Below are positions 24,236 to 33,291 of a stretch of DNA of 64,000 nucleotides, one piece after another (position 1 is the stretch's first letter; every line of letters begins with the position of its first letter). The notes under the pieces were generated by a model. That model searched no databases and was not told the DNA's origin. It saw only the letters and a program-made list of their open reading frames with translations. Position numbers and translations under genes: made by a program. The DNA comes from a virus: IMG/VR virus record IMGVR_UViG_3300012931_000667, positions 13,901 to 77,900 of that record; one strand, given 5' to 3'.

Positions 24236-25045
24236 TTATTTATAGTTTCTAATAATAATTTCAGATTCCTTTTGATTACTTTTTATAGAAGAATTTCTCA
24301 TACCATAGGTAACTTCTATTTTATTAATATAAAAATTAGAGTATAAATCTCTAATATAATTAGAATCATCATAAGATAAACACCATTTATGATTACAATT
24401 TTTTAAATTTTCATATAAGGTAATATGATTAAAATTATTTTGTAATATCCCTTTTTTTCCATATAATTTCTTTACTGAATAATATGGTGGATCAATATAA
24501 ATAAAAGTATTATTATTAGTATTATAAAGAAATTTACTATAATCATCATTATTAATTTCTACATTTTTTAATAAAGAAGATGCAAATTTTAATCTTTCAA
24601 TACTAGAAATTGTAAATCTTTTTTCATATGATTCTTGAGAATACCCTCCTGCTTCTAATATGCCAGAAAAAGTAATTCTATTTAATATAAAAAACAATGT
24701 TGCAATTTCTAAATCATTAGTTGAAATAGAAATTTTATTAATAATATAATTATATAAGTCTTTACCATTAGTATACTTATTTTTTAATTCATAGACATTA
24801 TTATATAATTGATCATAATTTTCCTTTAATTGTTTCCAAAATATAAATAAATATGAATATAAATCATTTACAATAATTTTTGATGGTTTATACTGTTGTA
24901 GAACATATAATAAAGAAGAAGCTCCCCCTAGAAAAGGTTCTATATATTCATCAAAATTATCTGGAAAATAAGGTACTATATACTTTAATAATTTTGATTT
25001 TCCACCTGGATATCTAAGAGGACTTTTTATATATTTTGTCAACAT
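24236..25045 (-). CDS. D12-class N6-adenine DNA methyltransferase (Dam-like)
   Basis: SPLRYPGGKS, EPFLGGAS, VNDL, YIDPPYY, SYD. Confidence 0.93.
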   Translation of the reverse strand: MLTKYIKSPLRYPGGKSKLLKYIVPYFPDNFDEYIEPFLGGASSLLYVLQQYKPSKIIVNDLYSYLFIFWKQLKENYDQLYNNVYELKNKYTNGKDLYNYIINKISISTNDLEIATLFFILNRITFSGILEAGGYSQESYEKRFTISSIERLKFASSLLKNVEINNDDYSKFLYNTNNNTFIYIDPPYYSVKKLYGKKGILQNNFNHITLYENLKNCNHKWCLSYDDSNYIRDLYSNFYINKIEVTYGMRNSSIKSNQKESEIIIRNYK

Positions 25046-25580
25046 ACACTACCTTTTTCTTTCCTTTTAAGTAATCTAATTTTGGTTCTTCAAATATAAT
25101 ATTCTTTATTTGACAGGGGGGATATATTCTAGCAGTTTTTTCATCACTTTTAATAGTACAAAAAAATACCCAAGAATCTAGTTTTTCTAAAATTGGGTCA
25201 TGTCGTGGATAATTTTGAAAAACCCAAGATATACCATATTTTTCTCCTTGTCCAGCAGATTGAGATTTTACAGCATAACCAATAGTATCTATATATAAGT
25301 CAGAATCAAAACTTTTGCCATACTGATTATATATAGTAAAATCAGGTTCTTCTATAGTAGTAAACTTTCTTTTAAGAATATTATATACTGCTACTTCTCC
25401 TAACTTTGATATATAATGATCAAATTTAATTTTATTTATATTATTTTGATTTGTATCAGAATAATTAGTTGTTTTTACAACTTCTTTAGCAAAATCATAA
25501 CATTTAATTCTATCTTCTTCAGAAAGAGAATAAAGAATAGGTAATTTCCAAGAAAGTAACATATTATTAATATCTTCCAT
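25014..25580 (-). CDS. putative PD-(D/E)xK nuclease overlapping the MTase gene
   Basis: KLGEVAV...PDF...DSDL...AVKS pattern; overlaps MTase start by 32 nt. Confidence 0.45.
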   Translation of the reverse strand: MEDINNMLLSWKLPILYSLSEEDRIKCYDFAKEVVKTTNYSDTNQNNINKIKFDHYISKLGEVAVYNILKRKFTTIEEPDFTIYNQYGKSFDSDLYIDTIGYAVKSQSAGQGEKYGISWVFQNYPRHDPILEKLDSWVFFCTIKSDEKTARIYPPCQIKNIIFEEPKLDYLKGKKKVVYVDKIYKKSS

Positions 25581-25608
25581 ACTTTATTAATTCCTTACTA
25601 TTTTATAA

Positions 25609-25650
25609 ATAAAGAGCACTTTTTATATAAGTGCTCTTTATTATTTTTTA
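25609..25650. terminator. intrinsic terminator-like hairpin
   Basis: TAAAGAGCACTT...AAGTGCTCTTTA inverted repeat with T/A-rich flanks, downstream of the 25673 gene. Confidence 0.7.
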
Positions 25651-25672
25651 AATGTATTTTTACTTAATTCTA

Positions 25673-27028
25673 TTAGTATTCAGCACCACAATAAATACAT
25701 ACCTTAGCAGCATTAGGAATTTCCTCTCCGCACTTATCATCTCCGCAAGTAGCCATATCATCAGTATTCCATATAATTTCTTGATTCTCTACATCAATTT
25801 TTTTGATTAGTGCTAACTCTTCTGGTTTATTCTTAATTAATTCTAATCCGGGCCATAGTGTAATCATTGTATCAGTAATATCAGTAGCTTTTAATGATTC
25901 TACTTCTTTCTTAGGAACTTTCTTAACAGGCTTCTCTTCCTTTACTTCTTTTTCAGGTTCAGTAGGAAGATCATCACCTTCAGGACTATCACTCATTTCC
26001 TCTTTGTTTTGTTTAGTTGTAGGTGAACTAGAACCCATGAAATTACTAGTCTCTTTATCCTTTTTTTCTTGTTCCCATAACTCTTTTTCTACTGCTTTTA
26101 ATTCTACTAATTGTTCATATACATTAGAACCATAAGCTTTATCAACATCTTTAATATATGTTCCTAGTTTCTTTAATATAATACCAGCAGGAGTAGGTTT
26201 AGAAACAAAAGGAACATTTTCTAATGAATATCGTTCATAAGCTTTTTCTTCATCAGTTATTTCACCTTCTACAATAACAGAATAGTAATCTTTCTTATCT
26301 TTTTCTGACCATCGAGTAATAGCTGTTTTTTCTTCTTTCCAGTAAATTGAAGAATTTGTTTGATCATCTGGACGAGTTTTTTCATCATAACGACGAATTA
26401 CTAAATCTACATATTCAAAATGATCACCAATCTCTGTACACTTCTTATCAAAGATAGATGAATAAAGAGAACTATGAATTCCATTCTCATAATATACTTT
26501 ACCATCTTTTTCAGTAGTACACCATGATAGTAATTTAGAATGTTTGTTTTCTTTGCACCAATCATCCATACGATCAATACAATTAATTAATACTACTGAT
26601 TTAGGATCAAAACCATTTTTAATGGCTGTTTGTTGGTTATTAGTAAGCCATCGAATTAGTAATGGATCACCATCATGATCATATTCAGGACCACCTTTTT
26701 TATTATTAAGTTCTTTATTCCACTTATATTTAGCAACAGTTTTCTTTAGATTCCACATAGGCCAATCATTATCTTCTGTATTCCAGATTAATGTAAACCA
26801 AGTATTATCATCAGCTTTAATTAATGATCGTTTAATTTGTAATGGATCAGTAGGATTCTTTCTAGTTTCTACTGATTCTCCTAATAGTCTTACAACTACA
26901 CATTTATTTTGTCCAATATCAACAAATTCATATTTAGGCATTTCAAAAGAACCAAAACCACCTTTTTCATCTAATGCCTTTTTTCTTGCATCTTGAGCCG
27001 CCTTAAACCTTTCTTCTCTTGTACTCAT
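25673..27028 (-). CDS. probable single-stranded DNA-binding protein with C-terminal Zn ribbon
   Basis: VVRLLG and LINCIDR segments, charged low-complexity linker, C-terminal CGDDKC...CIYC, replication context, strong SD (AAAGGAG) before MSTREE. Confidence 0.5.
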   Translation of the reverse strand: MSTREERFKAAQDARKKALDEKGGFGSFEMPKYEFVDIGQNKCVVVRLLGESVETRKNPTDPLQIKRSLIKADDNTWFTLIWNTEDNDWPMWNLKKTVAKYKWNKELNNKKGGPEYDHDGDPLLIRWLTNNQQTAIKNGFDPKSVVLINCIDRMDDWCKENKHSKLLSWCTTEKDGKVYYENGIHSSLYSSIFDKKCTEIGDHFEYVDLVIRRYDEKTRPDDQTNSSIYWKEEKTAITRWSEKDKKDYYSVIVEGEITDEEKAYERYSLENVPFVSKPTPAGIILKKLGTYIKDVDKAYGSNVYEQLVELKAVEKELWEQEKKDKETSNFMGSSSPTTKQNKEEMSDSPEGDDLPTEPEKEVKEEKPVKKVPKKEVESLKATDITDTMITLWPGLELIKNKPEELALIKKIDVENQEIIWNTDDMATCGDDKCGEEIPNAAKVCIYCGAEY

Positions 27029-27091
27029 ACTTTCTCCTTTTTTTGTGCTATGCACTACTTTATTTTTTGCTCTATGAGCATTAATACATAG

Positions 27092-27657
27092 TTAAAATAT
27101 AAAATTAATTACATTCTTATAATCATTAGATTGATAAATAATTTGACCTTCATTATTGTAAACCAAAAAGTAATACCCTTTAGACATATCATATTGATAG
27201 TAATCAGATAAACAAGCATTTTCTTCTAAAGAAACATCAATAATATAAACCATTATACTATGTTTCTTACAATCAGTTAAAAACTCATTAAAACTTTTAC
27301 TAATTTCTTGTCCAACACTCCAAATAACTAATGTATAATCATTTTTAAATGTTGTAGGATCAAAAGTTTCTGATGTTAAATACTTCATGGTAATTCTTCT
27401 TTATCCCCTTCTTTATTAATATCTTCAATTTCATTCTGACCTTTAAGCATATCACCAAGAATAATAGATAAATAGTCTATAACAGAATAACTTAGTTCTT
27501 TAACAGGAATTTCATTATGAAAAGATTTATAATCCTTTCTAAAAAATCCCATTTTTAATATAGACTCTCCATCATCACTTGATTTTAATTCCAATATAAT
27601 TCTCTGCATACTAGGATGTTCTAGAATTACAGAAAATTGTTGTAATCCTTCATTCAA
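27092..27657 (-). CDS. two small hypothetical proteins (27092-27388, 27385-27657)
   Basis: Overlapping co-oriented ORFs. Confidence 0.55.
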
Positions 27658-27673
27658 GATAAGTACCTTCCTT

Positions 27674-28951
27674 CTAAATAAAATTTCTACTTATAATTTC
27701 AACAGTAGGCTTTAATTCATTATGTACATTATAGGTTTCTAATTCTTCACTAATTTGATATCCATCAACACCATTAGTATTTTGTAAATCAATTTTAATA
27801 GCATTTACTGATAAATCGTTATCTACTAAGTATAAATTTTGACTAGCACGAGAATTATACATTAAATCATTTGAGTATGCATTACCTCCACATAAAGATG
27901 ATGATCGATAACTAAAATCAGTTAAACAAGCAGAATGATAATGCCCATAAAAAACACCATGGATAGAAATTCCTTCATATAAATACTTAGTTATTATTTG
28001 TGCTATAGACTTATCAATGGTTAATTGAGATTTAAAGTTATGTCCATGTAGTAGTAATGCATTGTAACCATTTTCCATTTTTACTATAGATTGCAAATTA
28101 TTCTTAGGTTTAATAAACTTAAAATTTGGGTATTTACCACTAAGCATTAAGTTTATATTATTACAAATTAAGTAATCCCAATTTTCAGAACTTAATATAT
28201 CTGTTGACTCCATCTCTTCATTAATTCTAGACTCATTACCAACACAAAAAGTAAAATATACTTTATATTTTTGTAATAATTCTAGTATTACTTGTTCTAA
28301 TAGTACTGTTGCTAATAAGGAAGCCCTAACTAAAGAAGAATTTTGTGCTAATTTTTCTGATAACCTTCTTTGAGAATTTACAAGATCGCCACTACACAAA
28401 ATGTATACAGTAGAACAGTTATAAAAGTCAAGAAGTTTTATAGACTCTGTAACATATTTTTTTAATCTTTTTGAAGCAATATTAAAATCATAACCATTAC
28501 CAAAACTTTCTTCAGGATATATTAATTCATTTAAATGTAAATCTGATAAATGTATGATACCAATTTTACCACCACTATTTATATTTGTGATATCTCTAAT
28601 TTTTATTTTAGGTAATTCAATTTTTTTAAGTAAGGATACATACTCACTATAAGTACTTTCTAGTATATTATATAATCTATAACTTTCTCTATTTTCTTTT
28701 CGTACTACATTATTTATATCTTGTAACTTTGTTTTTTGTGCATCAAGTTTTACAAAGGATTCTTCTGAAAAATCTAATTGTTCATTATTTCTTATTAATT
28801 CTTCATATGCTCTTCTTACTATTCTTTTATAAGATTCTAATGAATAATTACTATTAGTTTCATTAACACAAATTTCATATAAATCATAAATTACTTTTTT
28901 ATCAAAATTGTTTTCTCTAAGTTTTTGTTTTATCCAACTATAACAATTCAT
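27674..28951 (-). CDS. calcineurin-like metallophosphoesterase with N-terminal coiled coil
   Basis: SDLH, GDL, GNE, HGH, GHYH motifs. Confidence 0.88.
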   Translation of the reverse strand: MNCYSWIKQKLRENNFDKKVIYDLYEICVNETNSNYSLESYKRIVRRAYEELIRNNEQLDFSEESFVKLDAQKTKLQDINNVVRKENRESYRLYNILESTYSEYVSLLKKIELPKIKIRDITNINSGGKIGIIHLSDLHLNELIYPEESFGNGYDFNIASKRLKKYVTESIKLLDFYNCSTVYILCSGDLVNSQRRLSEKLAQNSSLVRASLLATVLLEQVILELLQKYKVYFTFCVGNESRINEEMESTDILSSENWDYLICNNINLMLSGKYPNFKFIKPKNNLQSIVKMENGYNALLLHGHNFKSQLTIDKSIAQIITKYLYEGISIHGVFYGHYHSACLTDFSYRSSSLCGGNAYSNDLMYNSRASQNLYLVDNDLSVNAIKIDLQNTNGVDGYQISEELETYNVHNELKPTVEIISRNFI

Positions 28952-28961
28952 AAATAAATAG

Positions 28962-29936
28962 TTATCCTCTTTCTTTTTGTATTCCTTCTAGCATTGAATC
29001 TAATAAATCCATATTACTTTCTTTATACTTTATTCTAGAATCCATTAATCCTATTAAATTTAATGACTCATAAATTATTCTTAATTTATCCTCTTTGTAA
29101 TAACACTTTATTTCATTAGACCTTAAATCAATTTCACCTAGTTCTACGACAGTAACAAGATTCCAATTTAATTGTAATTTACCTATTTCTTTTTTAAATT
29201 TAGCTTTCCATCCTAAATCTAAATAAGAAATATTATTAATATTAAATATTAATTGATCCATAGTTGAAAATTGATCAATTAATTTTAAGAATAGCTGTTG
29301 AGGTAAAGTAGGAATAGCCCCTATAATATTATCTGAAACATCACCATAAAAGCATTTATTAAAACAGATATTAGAGTAGGTAGGCTTATAATTAAATACC
29401 TCTTCAAATTTATCTATATCATATATTAATTTATCTTGTAAATAGAGTTGATCAACATTTGTGTTTATTCCTCTAAACCAATCTTGATCCCCACTAATAA
29501 GAAGAACATTCTTATCTTTATTTTGGGCGTAATCAATTATATATGAAACATAGTCATCAGCTTCAAGAAATTTTTGTCTGTATATGAAGCTATTATTTCT
29601 ATAAAAATGTAGTATTAGTTCTAAATTATCTAATGATTTATAAAACCATTCTGGTTGTTCTGCTCTAGTTTTTTTATAGTTTTCATCTAATGATTTTCTA
29701 TATTTTTGTATAGAAGATTTAGCATTATCAAAAAGCCAATATATTATTAACTCATCATTATTTTCAGCATATTTTTTAATATAGGAATCCATCATCTTAA
29801 AGAACATTAATATTCCTTCAAGATGGTATTCCTCTTTACCTTTTTTCACTATTTGTTGACACTCATTTCCATAAGTGGAATGAAACATCATATTATAAAC
29901 ATCAACAATAAATATATTATACTTTTTTTCAATCAT
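28962..29936 (-). CDS. 5'-3' exonuclease / flap endonuclease (T4 RNase H-like)
   Basis: IVDVYN, LFD, YKKTR, EADD, SGDQD, GDVSDNI. Confidence 0.9.
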   Translation of the reverse strand: MIEKKYNIFIVDVYNMMFHSTYGNECQQIVKKGKEEYHLEGILMFFKMMDSYIKKYAENNDELIIYWLFDNAKSSIQKYRKSLDENYKKTRAEQPEWFYKSLDNLELILHFYRNNSFIYRQKFLEADDYVSYIIDYAQNKDKNVLLISGDQDWFRGINTNVDQLYLQDKLIYDIDKFEEVFNYKPTYSNICFNKCFYGDVSDNIIGAIPTLPQQLFLKLIDQFSTMDQLIFNINNISYLDLGWKAKFKKEIGKLQLNWNLVTVVELGEIDLRSNEIKCYYKEDKLRIIYESLNLIGLMDSRIKYKESNMDLLDSMLEGIQKERG

Positions 29937-30286
29937 AAATATCTAATTGTTCCTTAGTTATTATTTCATTTCCACAAACAGTACAAATATACTTATATTT
30001 AGGAGGATAGGTGCATAATACATAATTACTTCTTACTAATTCCCCACCATAATCACAAACTACTTTATCCTTATATTCTGGATATTCTATTTTTACTTTA
30101 ATTGTTTTCATTCTGTTATATGCTCTTTTAAGAAATCATACACAAAATGTCTAAATGATAAATCAGTGTCTAGTTGATTTGAAAAAGATTCATATGAATC
30201 AAAACCCATAAGCTCCATAGGATCATTATTTTTAATTAAATACTTATTAAAATTATTCCATAAATCTGTAAACATAAAAATTATTT

Positions 30287-30323
30287 ATACATCATAGGTA
30301 GGTATTAATTACCTATGATGTAT
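30287..30323. terminator. 14-bp perfect inverted repeat downstream of the 30337 gene
   Basis: ATACATCATAGGTA-9 nt-TACCTATGATGTAT. Confidence 0.55.
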
Positions 30324-30336
30324 TTATTCCTTCCTT

Positions 30337-30900
30337 TTATCCTAAAACCTTTTTGAATTCATAAGCTTCAAAGAATACCTTTGACATAGATTCAGCATCC
30401 TTTTCTAGTTTCTCTAGAAAAGTAGCAGTTGGAATGTGATGAGTCTTAAATCGTAGTTTAAACTTTAGTAATTTATTTGTCTCTAAATCAAGAACATCAA
30501 ATTCATTAAATCTATGATGAGCACGAATAATTTGATACTTTTGTACCTTAGTAGTATGTACAAGCTTTAATGCATCCTTAACAGATAGTCCATTCTTAAT
30601 TTCATTCTCCATTTCATCAGGAGTATAAGGAACTACTTTTACTTGAGTAATAGTAGGATAAAAGTATTGTAACTTTTCCTTAATTACTCTAATTTGAGTA
30701 TGCTTATCAGCAGTAGGATCAACATCTACACTAAAACCATCAATACTTTTACCTTCTTTGATGATTTCAATATAGATTTTACCATTATCAGGAGACAGTG
30801 AACTTTTAAGTGTTAGTGGACACTTAGAAAAGAAATTATTCAGCGAAGGCATAAAATCCGCTAGATAATCCTTTAAAGAAACTTGTGCAGTTGTAACCAT
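30337..30900 (-). CDS. hypothetical protein
   Basis: 187-aa ORF with AAGGAG SD. Confidence 0.65.
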   Translation of the reverse strand: MVTTAQVSLKDYLADFMPSLNNFFSKCPLTLKSSLSPDNGKIYIEIIKEGKSIDGFSVDVDPTADKHTQIRVIKEKLQYFYPTITQVKVVPYTPDEMENEIKNGLSVKDALKLVHTTKVQKYQIIRAHHRFNEFDVLDLETNKLLKFKLRFKTHHIPTATFLEKLEKDAESMSKVFFEAYEFKKVLG

Positions 30901-30937
30901 TTCAGTACTCCTTATAAAAAATATTTTTTAGCCAATA

Positions 30938-32005
30938 TTATTTATTGACTAGTTTACTAGAATAAAGGTATTCATTATAAATCCTATTTATAACAACACA
31001 AAAAATATTTAGATCACTATTTTCATAAATTGTAATTGTATCTTCTGGTTTCCATGAAAAAATTTTTAAGGCAGATACAATTAAATCAATATTAAAAGAA
31101 AACTCTATTTCTCCAAAGAAAGAATCCATGTCTAATTCACAATTTTTGTTATTAACTTCTATTTTAACTTTAGTATCCTTTATAGTAAGAGAAGCTTTAT
31201 TGTTAACTTCTTTAGCATAAAACCTTAGATAGTCAAGTTTAGAAATAAAATTTATAACATTAACAGTAAAGTAATTAGAACTAAATAATTTTTTTTGTAA
31301 AGAAGTAAATTTTTCTTCAAATAAAGGAAGTACAGATACCTTATCCACAGTAGCATAAATAATATCTATATTAGAGCTAGATACATAAATAGAGTTTTCT
31401 TGTCGAGAAATATTAATAGGATAATTAGTATACTTTAATAAATCAATTAATCCACAAGGTAAAATTAATTCTTCTATTGGATTATCAAATATAAAGTCAT
31501 TAATATAGATACGATACATTGAAGAACTAAATATCTTATTATTTTTTATAAAGGTAAACTTTGCTTGATTATTTTTATCTTCTGCATTAGTAAATCTATT
31601 TGCTACTACTAATTGATTATATTGATCTTTATTCTCAATACAATAATTATATTCACTTTTATTATTAAATAATTCCTTTAAAGATTCATACATATATGAT
31701 TGACTACTATCACTATTAAAAATTCCATGTATATTAGTATCTGTATTATACTTATTATTAGAATCAATCTCTACTTTTGATGAGTAGGGAATTAAATGTA
31801 ATAAGTCTGCTTTATTTAAAGTCAATACTACATCATTTTTAATTTCTTGTTCTGTTGCTTCTAAATTAATATTAATTCTAATAAACTTATTATCATCATT
31901 AATATATAATGCTTTTTCAACAATTGATATTAAACATGTTGGTGTTTCTTTACCAATAGATAATAATGAATCAAAACTCTTTAATGATGTTAAATCTAAA
32001 ATCAT
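30938..32005 (-). CDS. probable DNA sliding clamp (beta-clamp-like)
   Basis: 355 aa; segments SSSMYRI and EFSFNIDLIVSAL resemble beta-clamp ATDGHRL and IGFNxxYLLDAL; a DnaX-like loader is encoded in the window. Confidence 0.55.
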   Translation of the reverse strand: MILDLTSLKSFDSLLSIGKETPTCLISIVEKALYINDDNKFIRININLEATEQEIKNDVVLTLNKADLLHLIPYSSKVEIDSNNKYNTDTNIHGIFNSDSSQSYMYESLKELFNNKSEYNYCIENKDQYNQLVVANRFTNAEDKNNQAKFTFIKNNKIFSSSMYRIYINDFIFDNPIEELILPCGLIDLLKYTNYPINISRQENSIYVSSSNIDIIYATVDKVSVLPLFEEKFTSLQKKLFSSNYFTVNVINFISKLDYLRFYAKEVNNKASLTIKDTKVKIEVNNKNCELDMDSFFGEIEFSFNIDLIVSALKIFSWKPEDTITIYENSDLNIFCVVINRIYNEYLYSSKLVNK

Positions 32006-32017
32006 AGTAATCCTTTT

Positions 32018-32031
32018 TAGTTAATAACTAT
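32018..32031. promoter_or_regulatory. back-to-back TAACTA(T) motifs between divergent genes
   Basis: TAGTTA-A-TAACTAT palindrome between the starts at 32005 (-) and 32055 (+). Confidence 0.5.
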
Positions 32032-32054
32032 TTTTAATATAGTAGGATAGTATC

Positions 32055-32492
32055 ATGGATCAAAACGTTTGTCAAGATAGTACATTAGAAAAATTAGAAT
32101 CTATTAAAGAAAATTTAATATTCATTGTTTGTCGTCCTTATAAAGAAAATTACTATTATTATTCAATCAATAATGTTGATAACTACAAAGTAATTGATAA
32201 ATATGAATTAAAAAAAATAATTTCATTTCTAGATGCTAAAGATATCAATCAACTAGAAGTAATAGTTACAAGATTTAAAGCATTTGTTTATATTCATGAA
32301 AAAAATATCATAAAAGAATTAGTATTAAATGAAGATGAAGCTATAGAGCAAATATTAAAAGATGAAATAATAATTAGTACTATGAAAAAAGAAGCTAATA
32401 AAAAAGATACAACAAATAAGTATGAAGATATACTAAATTCAATTAAAAAGAAATTGAAGCACACAAAAACTATTATTAAGAAATTTAATTAG
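32055..32492 (+). CDS. hypothetical protein
   Basis: 145-aa ORF with AGGA SD. Confidence 0.6.
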   Translation: MDQNVCQDSTLEKLESIKENLIFIVCRPYKENYYYYSINNVDNYKVIDKYELKKIISFLDAKDINQLEVIVTRFKAFVYIHEKNIIKELVLNEDEAIEQILKDEIIISTMKKEANKKDTTNKYEDILNSIKKKLKHTKTIIKKFN

Positions 32493-32889
32493 TTAATCTT
32501 ATTTTATTAAATTCAATAAACTTGGTATTCTCTAATTTTTTTGTACTACTTTTTTTCTTTGTTTTCCTTTTTAGGGGAACAACAAAATCATAACTAAATG
32601 GAATAATATTACATTTATATAAATTTGATGTTCCTTCTCTGTAGGTCTTACTTATCCATCCATATAGTTCTAAACGTTTTAATGATCTAAAAACAGTTGA
32701 TCTAGAAACAAAGGTATCATTAACAATAGTAGATATCCTAGGAAAAGAGTATGAACTTAATCCTTGACGTATTTTTAAGTATGTATAAATGCGAATATCA
32801 TTTAGATTTAATCTTCTATCTTGAATAAGAGAAATAGGAATAGCACCAGTTTCTATAGAATTAATTATGCTTCCTTTTTTATCCACCAT
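32485..32889 (-). CDS. winged-helix/HTH DNA-binding protein (replication-initiator-like N-terminal domain)
   Basis: IYTYL...SFPRISTI...VSRSTVFRSLKRLELYGWI...TSNLY. Confidence 0.8.
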   Translation of the reverse strand: MVDKKGSIINSIETGAIPISLIQDRRLNLNDIRIYTYLKIRQGLSSYSFPRISTIVNDTFVSRSTVFRSLKRLELYGWISKTYREGTSNLYKCNIIPFSYDFVVPLKRKTKKKSSTKKLENTKFIEFNKIRLTN

Positions 32890-33291
32890 GATTATTTACC
32901 TACTTCTATTTTGTTTCAATTAGTATATTAGTCATAAATAGTACTTTATGTCAAGTAGGGTCAATGAGTGTCAAAACAGTGAAAAAGTGTCAGTAGTGAC
33001 ACCCATAATAATTACATTAAGGAAGATTTCAATCACTTCGTTCTTGAAATCCAAATCATTGAAAGGAAATCTAGTTACTAATTGTATGTTCAGTCGCTTC
33101 GCTCCTTCACATACAATTAGTAACTATCACAATTTCGCTTCGCTCAATTGCTCATATTATAATTTGATTAATACTAAATTAATTATATAATATTTAATTT
33201 TAATTTAATATAAATAATGAAAAGGAATATTAAAGAGGAGGACTACTTGACAAAGAATCTACTTCATGTTATTAGTAATCTCTAATTATAA
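32890..33291. other. strand-switch intergenic region, candidate replication origin
   Basis: Clustered GTCA/TGAC repeats, three stem-loops with TCRCTTCGYTC loops, AT-rich tract, divergent TTGACA boxes (32954-32949 minus; 33247-33252 plus). Confidence 0.55.

Noticed and set aside
32948-33190. 80-aa ORF across the strand-switch region
   Set aside because: No SD, atypical composition, and it overlaps the hairpin and repeat array; probably spurious.
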